Below are positions 1 through 9,031 of a DNA stretch of 64,000 nt, in pieces. The notes beneath the pieces are model-generated. The model searched no databases. It worked only from the letters and a program-made list of their open reading frames with translations, and had not been told where the DNA came from. A program made the translations under genes and the position numbers. Source of the DNA: Polyangiaceae bacterium (GTDB lineage: Bacteria; Myxococcota_A; Polyangia; Polyangiales; Polyangiaceae); the NCBI GenBank assembly GCA_965222375.1, contig CBDCTZ010000014.1, positions 928,001 to 992,000 of the forward strand. The letters run 5' to 3'. Each line of letters begins with the position of its first letter. The stretch's first letter is position 1.

Positions 1-30
1 CCTTTGGTTTTCCGGTTACGCCGGAGTGAT

Positions 31-69
31 TTGACAGCAGGGCAATCTGCATGTACATGCATGTACATG
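31..69 (+). promoter_or_regulatory. Putative vapBC promoter/operator
   Basis: TTGACA at 31-36. Palindrome CATGTACATG occurs twice in tandem (50-59, 60-69), covering the -10 region and start codon. Confidence 0.55.
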
Positions 70-309
70 GCAACGAAGACTATTTCCATTGATTTGGCGG
101 CGTACGAACGTCTTCGGAAGGCTCGCCAACGACCGGATGAGTCTTTCTCGCAGGTCATCAAACGCGCTCGTTGGAACGAGTCTGGTGTTAGCGGTGCCTC
201 GCTGCTCGAGGCGCTACGGACCGCTCCGGTCCTGTCTCGTTCGGTTATTGAACGCCTCGAGAGGGTCCAGCGAGAGGATGCCCCGCCGGATGAGTCGTGG
301 ACCGAATAG
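67..309 (+). CDS. vapB: VapB-type antitoxin
   Basis: MATKTISIDLAAYERLRKARQRPDESFSQVIKR matches the 'TI..Y..L...ESFS.VI' antitoxin pattern. Overlaps the downstream PIN gene. Confidence 0.8.
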   Translation: MATKTISIDLAAYERLRKARQRPDESFSQVIKRARWNESGVSGASLLEALRTAPVLSRSVIERLERVQREDAPPDESWTE

Positions 310-704
310 CCCTCGACACGACGTTTCTCATCGACCTGCAGAACGAGCGCCGGAAACGAGGCAAACGACGCGGCGCGATCGCGTTCCTGGAGTCGAATCG
401 TGAAACGGAACTGGTCTTGCCCTGCGTGGCACTAGGTGAGTACCTGGAAGGCTTCGACGATCCGGGCTCTGACGACGCGCGGGCATTGGTCTCAGGCATT
501 CGCCTACTCGATGTGACGCCAGAGGTTGCCCGGCAGTACGCGACGATCGCGCGGTCGTTGCGGAGGCGTGGTCAGCTCATCGGTAGCAACGACTTGTGGA
601 TCGGCTGCACGGCGCGGGCATTCAGCGTCCCAATCGTGACGCGCAACGCCGAGCACTTCCGCCGCATCCCCAAGCTTCAGGTCGTGGCGTACGCAACGAG
701 TTGA
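297..704 (+). CDS. vapC: VapC PIN-domain toxin
   Basis: LDTTFLID, LGEYLEG, IGSNDLWIG and VTRNAEHFRRIP are PIN motifs; 135 aa. Confidence 0.9.
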   Translation: MDRIALDTTFLIDLQNERRKRGKRRGAIAFLESNRETELVLPCVALGEYLEGFDDPGSDDARALVSGIRLLDVTPEVARQYATIARSLRRRGQLIGSNDLWIGCTARAFSVPIVTRNAEHFRRIPKLQVVAYATS

Positions 705-759
705 TTCGGGGCGGCGAGAAGCAAGTGACACCTGCGTGGCGCGTCCTCCGTGTGGACGC

Positions 760-1066
760 TTCTGTCCGGCGTTCCTGTACTGCTTCGCCGTCGCCGGCCG
801 GCGCTACGGTTTCGATGTGTACTGGTTGATGGTGATGAGCAATCACTACCACGCGGGAATCTACGACCGACACGGACGCTATCCGGAGTTCCTACGCTAC
901 TTTCCCAGCCTCTTGGCCCGCTGCCTCAACTGCCACCACAGTCGCTGGGAAAACTTCTGGTCCACGGAGCAAACCGGGGCCTTGCATCTCGCCGACGACA
1001 ACGCTGTCTTCGAAAAGCAGATCTACTCACTGTGCAATGCTGTGGAAGATCACCTGGTTGAACGTC
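760..1066 (+). pseudogene. Fragment of a Y1/HUH (IS200/RAYT-like) transposase
   Basis: FLYCFAVA...VMSNHYH (HUH)...RWENFWS...YSLCNAVEDHLVER. N-terminus is missing and the sequence turns unrelated after about 1066. Confidence 0.7.
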
Positions 1067-1387
1067 GTTTCGCCGACGATGCGCACCGTGGTCACCCGGA
1101 TCGGCGACGGCCGCGGCCACCTGAGCCGCCCGATCGGCTGCGTGCTGCGTCGGCTCGAGATCACCCGAAGCGCCGGCGACGAGCCGACGGACATCGAGCT
1201 TCCGGTCGTCGGCCGCTACTGCTACCCGTCCGGCGTAGCAAACCTCTCACTTGACGATCGCTTCATCGTCACCCACCACGGCGCGACACCCGAAGACGCC
1301 CGAGCTCTTGGCTTCTCAGGCCACAGCGACCCGGACTTCGCGCCCTACAACGGCATCTCGAACATCTACTTGGTCGACGCAAATTAG
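1064..1387 (+). pseudogene. Internal fragment of an unknown, beta-propeller-like protein
   Basis: Protein-like frame (VVSPTMRTVVTRI...GRYCYPSGVANLSLDDRFIVTHH...SNIYLVD) without a credible start, abutting the transposase fragment. Confidence 0.35.
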
Positions 1388-1897
1388 GCCACTTCGCGAC
1401 GCGTGTTGGTGAAGCGATCCGTGACAAAAGCGGAGAGTGCCTTTGGCCCGATGTAGCTCTCGCGCGTGGTTTGGTCCCGTCACAGAACCGCGCTTCATCG
1501 GTCGAGATGCCAAGCTCGATATGCTTCTAGCGGGCTGGCCGCAACCGATCGTATGACCTCGCGTTGACCCGTGTTGAGATTCGACGAGCGGCCAGGTCTT
1601 GCGTGCAGCTGGGCCGTCTCGAATGCGATGCAGGTGCCACCGGATCGCCGTCAGCTCTGCAAGGTGCCTGCCTGTCGAGCGCAAAAGACAGCGTCGGCGG
1701 CTCGAAGCCACCTCTCTCGGCGTGTTTCGGCAGCCGCCTTCTTGCGCAGGCAATCGTGCACGTCATCCCCGAATGTTCTCCGCTTGTCACTCGAGCCACG
1801 CACAGACTTCTTCCGCGAGCTTGCTGATCTTGTCAACCCTCAACGAGTTGTTGCAGTTCACAGCCTAAAGCTCGGATCTTGATGGACACGTCTTGGC

Positions 1898-1940
1898 GTT
1901 TACGTCGAAGCAAGGACGTCTTGAATGCTGAGCGGTCGAA
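1898..1940 (+). repeat. Degenerate copy of the IS66 left end at 2993-3035
   Basis: 36/43 nt identical to 2993-3035; terminal GTAACC decayed to GTTTAC. Confidence 0.65.
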
Positions 1941-2206
1941 TCGCGATGATCTGAGGCAATGGCAAGGCGAAATGACAGCGAGCGATGGGACGCAATTGTG
2001 GCAGACGCGGAAGCAACCACACGTGGACGCGCTCGCCCCGACGTGTCTCCTCGTAGAGCACATCGATTTCGCGACCAGGGGTGACTGTGAGATCAAATCT
2101 GAACCACTACGACTCAACTGTGGGCGCTGTAGCTAGCAGCGCTCGAATTGCCGGGTCATGGCGGTGCTGGTGGCGTGGCGCGACCTCTCAATGGTAGCGT
2201 AGCGCA

Positions 2207-2938
2207 ATGAAAGCCTGGACAATGAGTGACCACGAGCGGCTCGACGAGGAGACGCTCAGAAGCTCCTGCGCCGCCATCCTGCCCGATTGGCCGGCTAACT
2301 CAGCGCGAACGATCGCGGATTGGTGCGACGACGGTGAGGCCTGGGAGCTGGGAAACGTCCTTGAATGCGATGGCAACGATGGGGCCGACGTCATCGAACG
2401 GATGACCCGGCTGCGGCCGGGGCAACTCCTCGGCTTGCGGCTACGCGAGTGCAATATCGATGGCGCGCAACTTCATCATATTGTTGGAAGTCCGCCTTGC
2501 TCCGAGCTGGTGGCGCTCGACGTGTCCTACTGCGACCTGGGGGGCCAGCTTGACTCGCTCGCATCGCTGTCACCAACCGTGAAGTTGCTCTGGCTGGATG
2601 CGTGCAAGCTGGAGGACGAAGACGTGCTCGGCTTGACCAAGGTCAAGCTCGTCGGCGGTCTCGCGAGACTCTCGCTTGCGAACAATGCCAATTGTCACGC
2701 TAAGCCCGTCCTGCGCTTGGCCGAGGTCTTCTCGAAGCGGCCGCGAAGCTTGCATCTGTTTCAGGAGGACTGCCCAACCGATATTTTTCTTTCGCTCCTC
2801 GAGCATTTCGCAGATGCCACTGGTCACTCCGGTGACCAACTGCGCAGCGAGCTTCACCGTTTCGCAGACTCACCTGCGTTCGACGAGTCCACGAGCTACG
2901 AGATCAAGTACCAGATGGACCTCATCTTTGATCACTAG
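2207..2938 (+). CDS. Leucine-rich-repeat (RNI-like) protein
   Basis: LxxLxLxxC/N repeats: LRLRECNID, LVALDVSYCDLG, LLWLDACKLED, LARLSLANN. Confidence 0.65.
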   Translation: MKAWTMSDHERLDEETLRSSCAAILPDWPANSARTIADWCDDGEAWELGNVLECDGNDGADVIERMTRLRPGQLLGLRLRECNIDGAQLHHIVGSPPCSELVALDVSYCDLGGQLDSLASLSPTVKLLWLDACKLEDEDVLGLTKVKLVGGLARLSLANNANCHAKPVLRLAEVFSKRPRSLHLFQEDCPTDIFLSLLEHFADATGHSGDQLRSELHRFADSPAFDESTSYEIKYQMDLIFDH

Positions 2939-2992
2939 GAATAACTGGAGCCCCCGGCTTGGTCAGCTCCAACGTACGTCCTCCTCGTGCAC

Positions 2993-3268
2993 GTAACCGT
3001 CGCAGCGAGGCCGTCTTGAAAGCTGAGCGGTCGAAAGGAGGCCGGAAAGAACCTCGCAGCGCTCTACACCGTGGTCGCAACCTGCGACGCCTGCGGCGTC
3101 GAGCCCCTGGCGTACCTCACCGACGTCCTGATGCGCCTCGGCTCCACTCCCATGTCCGAACCGATGAGCTCTTGCCCAAGAACTGGGCTCCTTCCACCCG
3201 AATCGTCAGCGCATCCTGACCTCTGAATACAGCGTGCAAGTCAACTACGTCGGCCGTGCTCCGGTTAC
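2993..3268 (+). mobile_element. Internally deleted IS66-family element (276 bp)
   Basis: Starts GTAACCGTCGCA and ends TGCTCCGGTTAC (imperfect IR, 15/22). Contains only a frameshifted TnpC C-terminus: EAGKNLAALYTVVATCDACGVEPLAYLTDVL.../DELLPKNW. Confidence 0.8.
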
Positions 3269-3913
3269 GGGTTTACAGGCTCGCTCTCGAGCGCAAGTAC
3301 ACCGAAAACACACTCGTGAACCCGGTACAGCGGCTCTTTCTCGACGAAGCGGTGCAGAGCTTCGATTCCGAGCGCGAACTTGCGAAGAGCGAGGGCAGTC
3401 GTCGATCTCGCCGGTCGACTCTCCGTACAGAGCAACAAACTCCCGGACGCCGCCAGAGCCTCGGCCTTGCAGGGTTTCCCGCATGCCGGCGTGAGCGACG
3501 ACCAGGTTGCCGTCGTCGAGCACGTAATGGCTGACAAGACCATCGATGAATTCGGCTACTTCGGCCTTGAAGTCATCGGGCTCGGCCTAGAGCTGTTCGA
3601 CGGACCGCTCCAGCCCGTGCTTGAGTTGGACGTTCTTGCCCCGCAGCTTGCGCATCAGCTTCACGTCGTGGTTGCCGGGCACGCAAAGGGCGTGACCCGA
3701 GCGAACCATGTTCATCGCTAGGCGCAGCACGGCAGGCGTTGCGGGTCCACGGTCGACGAGGTCTCCAAGAAACACCGCCCGCCTGTTGCTTGGAGGCGTT
3801 GCGCTTGGTGCCGAGCCCAGCTTCTCGAGCAGAGTGCACAGCTCGTTGAAGCAACCGTGGACGTCGCCGATGATGTCGAACGGGCCATGTTCTTCGCGCT
3901 TGTCATTCCAGAG
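3265..3913 (-). pseudogene. pnkp: Polynucleotide kinase-phosphatase (Pnkp, RNA repair) remnant
   Basis: WNDKREEHGPFDIIGDVHGC, FLGDLVDRGP, GNHD, VAHAG, YGESTGEID, then a jump to the C-terminus FALGIEALHRFV...VHECVFGVLALESEPV. In-frame TAG at 3587-3589. Confidence 0.85.
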
Positions 3914-3955
3914 AAAACATCGCGTCGAGCGGGTTGCGGTCGCTCCCCTTTCGCG

Positions 3956-4099
3956 TCAGACGCGACTATTCGCGAGCTCGGTCAACGGAATGACCTCAAT
4001 TTGTTTGGAGAGCGGATAACGCTTGCTGCCAGGGTAGACGACCACGATACGTGACAATCCCAACTCCTCGAGCGCGATGCGCATCGATCGCGTAACAGG
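3956..4099 (-). pseudogene. C-terminal fragment of an AAA/DUF4143-type ATP-binding protein
   Basis: My translation PVTRSMRIALEELGLSRIVVVYPGSKRYPLSKQIEVIPL* resembles the tail of this family. Confidence 0.55.
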
Positions 4100-4100
4100 T

Positions 4101-4167
4101 TGGGCCACTACTCTCGACTATGGGGTGGCCTGTCCGTCCAGGGCAAAGTGGTCCGTGGCCTGGGGTG
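4101..4167 (-). mobile_element. Orphan right end plus target half-site of the IS1111-type element
   Basis: Reverse complement of 4106-4156 is 49/51 identical to 17512-17562. Confidence 0.85.
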
Positions 4168-4189
4168 TCGAAACTACCTTCGGGTGGGG

Positions 4190-4510
4190 GTTCGTAGAGG
4201 GTCATTGCCTGGCCGACGCATCGGGGGAGCGCCTTTGTGCCGTTGACGCAGCGGGGATCTGCGGGGCCGTGGTCGCAGTGCGCCTTGTCGTCTTCTTCGA
4301 CGCACGTGCCCCCAAGGGGCACGCAGTCGCGGTAGAGCACCTGGCCCGAGAGATCGCATGCCAGGCGAATGTTGCTGTCGCAGCGACTCCCAGCTGGCGC
4401 GAAACCGGGTCGCAGACGGAAAGGGTGCGGATCGGTACAACCGGTCTCGCTCTGAGGGGAGCATTGGGCGAACGCCCGGGAACAGTCCTGGTGGAGGGTG
4501 TAGCGAAAGA
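4190..4510 (-). pseudogene. Frameshifted fragment of a Cys-rich myxobacterial protein
   Basis: HQDCSRAFAQCSPQSETGCTD and RCDSNIRLACDLSGQVLYRDCVPLGGTC lie in different frames. Confidence 0.4.
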
Positions 4511-4679
4511 TGACCGCTGAGCAGCGGGAGCGGCAGATACTGAGCTTCGCCTACGGGAACCTGTCCATTGAGCAACCTGGGGTTACCCGCGAGCAGATCG
4601 AAGCGGCAGCGCACCGCGGACAGCGGTCGCGGCTTGGCCGTTGTGGGGGGCCATGACGCGTCGTTCGTAATGTGAGAGC

Positions 4680-5018
4680 GTGTCCGAGTACTTCTCGTCG
4701 GCGGGCGATCCGCTATGCCGACGCTGCTTCCACGCGGGGCAGACCCAGGAGCAAGACGCCCGGGCTGAAGAATCGCTCCGTGACGAGATCCGGAGCGAAC
4801 TCCGCGACGGAGTCGACAACGTGAGCGCGCTTTTTGCTACACGCGCAGCCGCAGCCAAACCACCCGCCGCCCCAGGAACCGCGTTCCGCTGCGGCCTTCT
4901 GTTCATGGGCGCCGGACTCGCGTTCGCGGTCGTCCAGTTCCTCATCTTTCGGGACATCCCGAAGATTGGTCTACTCCTCGCCGGCCTAGGGTTCGCCGCC
5001 GCGGCGCGCGGGTGGTAG
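4680..5018 (+). CDS. Small membrane protein
   Basis: CxxC near the N-terminus and two C-terminal hydrophobic segments. An upstream in-frame ATG (4653) is cut off by a TAA. Confidence 0.5.
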   Translation: MSEYFSSAGDPLCRRCFHAGQTQEQDARAEESLRDEIRSELRDGVDNVSALFATRAAAAKPPAAPGTAFRCGLLFMGAGLAFAVVQFLIFRDIPKIGLLLAGLGFAAAARGW

Positions 5019-5094
5019 GTGTGGCACTATGAGTAGGGGAGCAGGCGGGGAGGTTCGCGGTCTTGAGGCGCCGCTTCGTGGTGCGAGGAAGTTG

Positions 5095-5832
5095 ATGCGG
5101 CTAGGTGCGTTCACCGGTGTGAGTTCGGTGGTCTTCGCTGTCGGAGTTGGATGCGGCGGGTTGGCCGAAGGCTCTGGCTCGGGAGGAGCCGGCAATGCGG
5201 GCATCGGTGGTGCAAGTGGCGTCGGCGCTGGTGGCGCAACAGGTGGTGCAGGCAGCGGCGGGACTGGTGTTTCGGGCAGCGGAGGCCTGGGCACTGGAGG
5301 TCAGCGCACCCAAGGCTGTGCGCTGGCCGTTGGACTGATGGATGGCAGCTACTTGTTCGCGCTTTCGCTGGTGACTGCCGGAAACAAGAGCAACAAGGAC
5401 CGTCCGATCGTTATGGTCAATACGGTGACGACGAGCTCAAAAGGCAATGCACTGCGGGTGAATTGGAGTCTGCAGCCGTTGCAATGGCAGGACCGCAAGA
5501 CTCCGACGGGCAGCGCGCAGGAGTACTCCTTTACCCTTGGCTGGGGCGGCGACGTGGGCCTGGACTTGCCGCCACTCGATGTGCCGGCGGATGCCAATCC
5601 GCTCTCTGGGTCGCCGATCACTTTGGATATTTCGAGTCTCAAGGGTGTGACCTGCAGCCCGGTTAGCTTTCAGTGCGGCACGGAGGACGGAAACGTTACC
5701 AAGCCAATCGCGCTGTCCATCGACGGGTCCACCTGGACAATGGAGCAAATTTTTGGTGGCGTGTACCCCGAGCCGCCCAAAATAGATTGCGATCAGAATC
5801 TCGCGCTGCCGATGCCGTTGCCGCCGCCTTGA
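5095..5832 (+). CDS. Hypothetical lipoprotein
   Basis: Lipobox-like GVGC, Gly-rich linker, globular C-terminal domain. Confidence 0.7.
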   Translation: MRLGAFTGVSSVVFAVGVGCGGLAEGSGSGGAGNAGIGGASGVGAGGATGGAGSGGTGVSGSGGLGTGGQRTQGCALAVGLMDGSYLFALSLVTAGNKSNKDRPIVMVNTVTTSSKGNALRVNWSLQPLQWQDRKTPTGSAQEYSFTLGWGGDVGLDLPPLDVPADANPLSGSPITLDISSLKGVTCSPVSFQCGTEDGNVTKPIALSIDGSTWTMEQIFGGVYPEPPKIDCDQNLALPMPLPPP

Positions 5833-5924
5833 GCGTTGACGCGCAGCTTCTCGCTGGGAGTTATGCGCCGATAGTGCTCCAGTTGGTACGCGCGGCGGCC
5901 CGGGTCCATGGGCCTGACGTTGGC

Positions 5925-6746
5925 TCAGCACGCGGGGCAGCCGCAGGAGACGCCCTTTTGGCCGCTGAGGTCGCTGCATGAATCGAAGGGCGAGATGCAG
6001 GTCGATGGGCCCAGGCAGGCGCAGCTGAAGTTGCCGCCGCAGGTTTTCGGGATCGAAACACAGTGCGGGCGCGGTCCGAGTTGGGTGACGTAGAGGGAGC
6101 ACACGTCCATCGGGGCGCAGTCCCCGCAGCCGGGTACGAACGTGCACTCGCTCGCGGCGACGCATGCGAAGGTGTAGCAGTTGCCCTTGACCTGTGCGAC
6201 CTGACCTGCGGGACAGACGGGTGGCGCGGCTTTGCAGGTGACCTTGGAGGTATCGCAGTCGAAGCCCTTGACGCAGCGGCCGGCGACGCACGAGACGGTC
6301 GTAGGCGAGACGCCCAAAGCTTCACAGGTGTTCTGCTTGCAGATTGCGGGGCATGAGGCAGGATTTGCCGTCTTGGGGACGCCTTCGCAGCTGCAGCAGT
6401 CGTTGAACACCTTGCAGTCCGCGTCTTGTTTGCATTCGGGTGATCCCACGACTCCCCCGGTGCCGCCAGTCGCGCCACCACTGCCTGCGGCGCCGCCAGT
6501 TGCGCCACTGCCCGCAGCTCCTCCGGTTGCGCCAGCTATGCCGGCACTGCCGCCGGTCGCGCCACCTGTGCCGGCGCTGCCACCGCTCGCGCCACCGGAT
6601 CCTGCGCTGCCACCGGTGGAACCACCGCTGCCGCCGCTCGTCGTGTTGCCGCCGCCTCTGGAGCCATCGTCCGAGGATTCACCTCCGCACGCGAGGGCCA
6701 AGAGTGAGAGTGAAGCGACGGGAACAAGCAAGCGCGTCCGTTTCAT
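5925..6746 (-). CDS. Cys-rich lipoprotein
   Basis: MKRTRLL...LALAC, Gly-rich linker, many Cys. Confidence 0.75.
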   Translation of the reverse strand: MKRTRLLVPVASLSLLALACGGESSDDGSRGGGNTTSGGSGGSTGGSAGSGGASGGSAGTGGATGGSAGIAGATGGAAGSGATGGAAGSGGATGGTGGVVGSPECKQDADCKVFNDCCSCEGVPKTANPASCPAICKQNTCEALGVSPTTVSCVAGRCVKGFDCDTSKVTCKAAPPVCPAGQVAQVKGNCYTFACVAASECTFVPGCGDCAPMDVCSLYVTQLGPRPHCVSIPKTCGGNFSCACLGPSTCISPFDSCSDLSGQKGVSCGCPAC

Positions 6747-6838
6747 GGCGCGAAAAGTACCATGCCTCGGAGCGAAGGCCAGGGCGCAGGTCCGCTCTTG
6801 ACTCGCCGTTGACTCGCTCGACGACGAGGCCTTCGGGC

Positions 6839-8110
6839 TCAGGGCGAGAGGGATTGGAAGATGGACATGAGATCCGTCACGGCCTGCTTGGCGCCGGCTT
6901 GGGTTGGCGCGAAGGAAGCGGAGCTGGGCCAACCGCTGCCGAAGCACCACGACTTCATCGAGACGAAGCACTCGTTGTAGACCGGTGAGTACTGCGCGGC
7001 GAAACCCACAGGGCCGGTGCGGAGCAACCATGACAGACGCAAGCGGTCGTTCGACGTGATAATGGCCTGGCCCAACGCGGTTTGCACGCCGTAGCCGGCG
7101 GTCGGCGCCGCTTCTGCCAAGACTTCGAGCAGCGACAGCTGCGGGTACGCCATCTGTGCGATCTGCTCGGCGGTGTCCACGCTGGTGTACGTCGCTTGCA
7201 CTCCTGAGATGCCAACCTGCCAGGCGTTCTTGGCGTTGGGGCAGATCTCGACGGGGCCGATGTGCTTGTCGGGTGGGATGCTGCAGTTCGAGTAGGCGAG
7301 GGGATTGTTGGTGTCGAGCACGCCTTCTTTGAGAGACCACCAGGCGACGTAGGCGGCCTTGTCGATGCGCTCGGCTTTGGTTCCGGGCAGCTTGGGCACG
7401 ATGTGCTCCGCGATGTAGCGCACCCAAAGCTCCTGCCGTGCGCTGAGCTTCACGCCCCGCACGCTGAGCGCGGCTGGCACCGTGCAGCTGGCGACGGCTT
7501 GCAGCGTGTACTCGGCGTCCTTGGGAAGCGCGGCGGAGAAGCCGTTGGCGATGGCGCCGTCTCCTGTCATGTACAGGCCCAGGTGCCTGCGCTCGGCGGG
7601 GCGGATGCGCACGGCGTCCGCATCGGGTTGGGCTGCGAGCGTCGTGACTTCGAGGCCTGCGGTCGAATGCGCCTGGGTGCCGTCGTAGACTGTCGTGCCC
7701 TGCTCGTCGTGCAAGATCAGCGCGGGCTGCCAATTACCCGCGGTGCGCGTGACGCTGATTTCGAATTCAACATTGGCCGGCGCCATGACCAGATAGTGGT
7801 GCACGCCGTACGGCCCGCTGGCGAAGTCCTCGTTGACCTTCGTGCTGCCGCAGCCGCCGAGAGTCGGCGCCGTCCAGCAAGGCTCCGTCCCGCAAGGATC
7901 ATAGGCCGTGGTCGTCGGCTTCGCATCGCTGGTCGACTCAGCGTCGGGCCACCCGGCGTCAGCGGCAGCCGTACCGCCAGTCCCGCCCCCGGCTCCTGCT
8001 CCGCCGTCCTGGGGTGTGGAGGCCTCGGTGTCGGAACCTCCGCAGCCTGCGCTCAGGGAGATTCCGACGGCGAGGGCCGTCAGTGGAAGCAAGGCGGTGA
8101 TTGCGCGCAC
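6839..8110 (-). CDS. Lipoprotein with a beta-sandwich-like domain and an unknown C-terminal domain
   Basis: Lipobox SAGC; C-terminal motifs VAWWSLKEG and WQVGISGVQ. Confidence 0.7.
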   Translation of the reverse strand: MRAITALLPLTALAVGISLSAGCGGSDTEASTPQDGGAGAGGGTGGTAAADAGWPDAESTSDAKPTTTAYDPCGTEPCWTAPTLGGCGSTKVNEDFASGPYGVHHYLVMAPANVEFEISVTRTAGNWQPALILHDEQGTTVYDGTQAHSTAGLEVTTLAAQPDADAVRIRPAERRHLGLYMTGDGAIANGFSAALPKDAEYTLQAVASCTVPAALSVRGVKLSARQELWVRYIAEHIVPKLPGTKAERIDKAAYVAWWSLKEGVLDTNNPLAYSNCSIPPDKHIGPVEICPNAKNAWQVGISGVQATYTSVDTAEQIAQMAYPQLSLLEVLAEAAPTAGYGVQTALGQAIITSNDRLRLSWLLRTGPVGFAAQYSPVYNECFVSMKSWCFGSGWPSSASFAPTQAGAKQAVTDLMSIFQSLSP

Positions 8111-8220
8111 AGCGAAAAGGGTACGCCGAAGTTTGGGGGAGGACCAGGGGAGGGCGCGGTATGCTCGGCGGCGGTGGATCGGGCAGCTCGTTTTCTGTGT
8201 GCGCTCGTTCGGAGAGCTGC

Positions 8221-8916
8221 ATGATATTCCAGAGGAGTGAAGATCGCCGCCAAGTGGCGATCGCGGCGGCAGAGCAGGCGTTGCCGGGGCTGCAACACCT
8301 CTCGCCCCAGCGAATGGTGGCCGAGGTGGGAGGGAGGCGCGTCGAGCTCACGCTTAGTGACGCGGATTCAGCGAATCGGCTTCTGCAGCTTCGGTTCCCG
8401 CTTGCCGTTCCGATCAAGCTTGGGGTTGAGCAGCGCAGCAACTACGTCCACGTGGGTCCGGTCCCAATCGTCGCGGCCGGGGCTCCCAGACTCGACGCCA
8501 AGCACGTGGTCCCCGGCGTCCCGAACCCGGTCCCGATCGTCATCACCGGGGATCCCGCATTCGATGCCAAGTTCGTGGTCCCCGGCGTCCCGAACGAGGT
8601 CGTCCGGCGAGCGCTCGACGCACCGACGCGCGCGTGGACGCAGCAGTATGGTCAGGTGCATCTGATGCTCCATATCGATGAGTGGGGCGCGCTCTGTTTC
8701 TCGCATTCGGTAACGCTTCCGAAGGAAAACAGTCGTCAGCCCCTCACTCCCGAGCTGATCTCCGATGCGGCTAAGGCGCTCAGCCCCTTCGCGAACAAGC
8801 TCGAGGCCAGCTACCATGCCTGTCGCGCGGAGATCGTCGCCCAGCAGGGCGAGGCCGGCGCGCTCGCGTGGGAAGAGGAGAATGACAAGCTCATCAAAGC
8901 GCGGCCGCTGGGCTGA
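8221..8916 (+). CDS. Hypothetical protein, probably truncated by a premature TGA
   Basis: The frame continues past the TGA into a hydrophobic helix ending at 9015. Confidence 0.55.
   Translation: MIFQRSEDRRQVAIAAAEQALPGLQHLSPQRMVAEVGGRRVELTLSDADSANRLLQLRFPLAVPIKLGVEQRSNYVHVGPVPIVAAGAPRLDAKHVVPGVPNPVPIVITGDPAFDAKFVVPGVPNEVVRRALDAPTRAWTQQYGQVHLMLHIDEWGALCFSHSVTLPKENSRQPLTPELISDAAKALSPFANKLEASYHACRAEIVAQQGEAGALAWEEENDKLIKARPLG
8458..8595 (+). repeat. 69-bp (23-aa) intragenic tandem duplication
   Basis: PVPIVAAGAPRLDAKHVVPGVPN / PVPIVITGDPAFDAKFVVPGVPN. Confidence 0.8.
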
Positions 8917-9031
8917 GTGCGCTGGGCCTTGTTCGGCTGCTTGGCCGTGTTCGTGTTGGCTACTCTGTCAACGACTGCGGCGCTCGTGGTTTGGATGATT
9001 ACGGTTACGCGGTGAGGGCGGGGGTGTTGCT

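Noticed and set aside
1..19. IS66 right end (TCCGGTTAC) at the window start
   Set aside because: Only about 9-10 nt match 3260-3269, and the upstream context is outside the window.
1390..3000. Integron cassette array
   Set aside because: No integrase and no convincing paired RYYYAAC/GTTRRRY attC sites. The repeats are IS66 ends.
3963..3974. 12-nt match (reverse strand) to the IS repeat CGCGAATAGTCG
   Set aside because: It lies in the coding tail of the ATPase fragment and is too short to distinguish from chance.
4190..4340. Second guide-RNA region next to the orphan IS end
   Set aside because: GCGACTGCG-like words are explained by Cys/Asp codons of a protein fragment. Similarity to the IS stops near 4170.
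5925..7733. 602-aa ORF as one gene
   Set aside because: The N-terminal half is an Arg-rich shadow of 6839-8110. The real start is the signal peptide at 6746.
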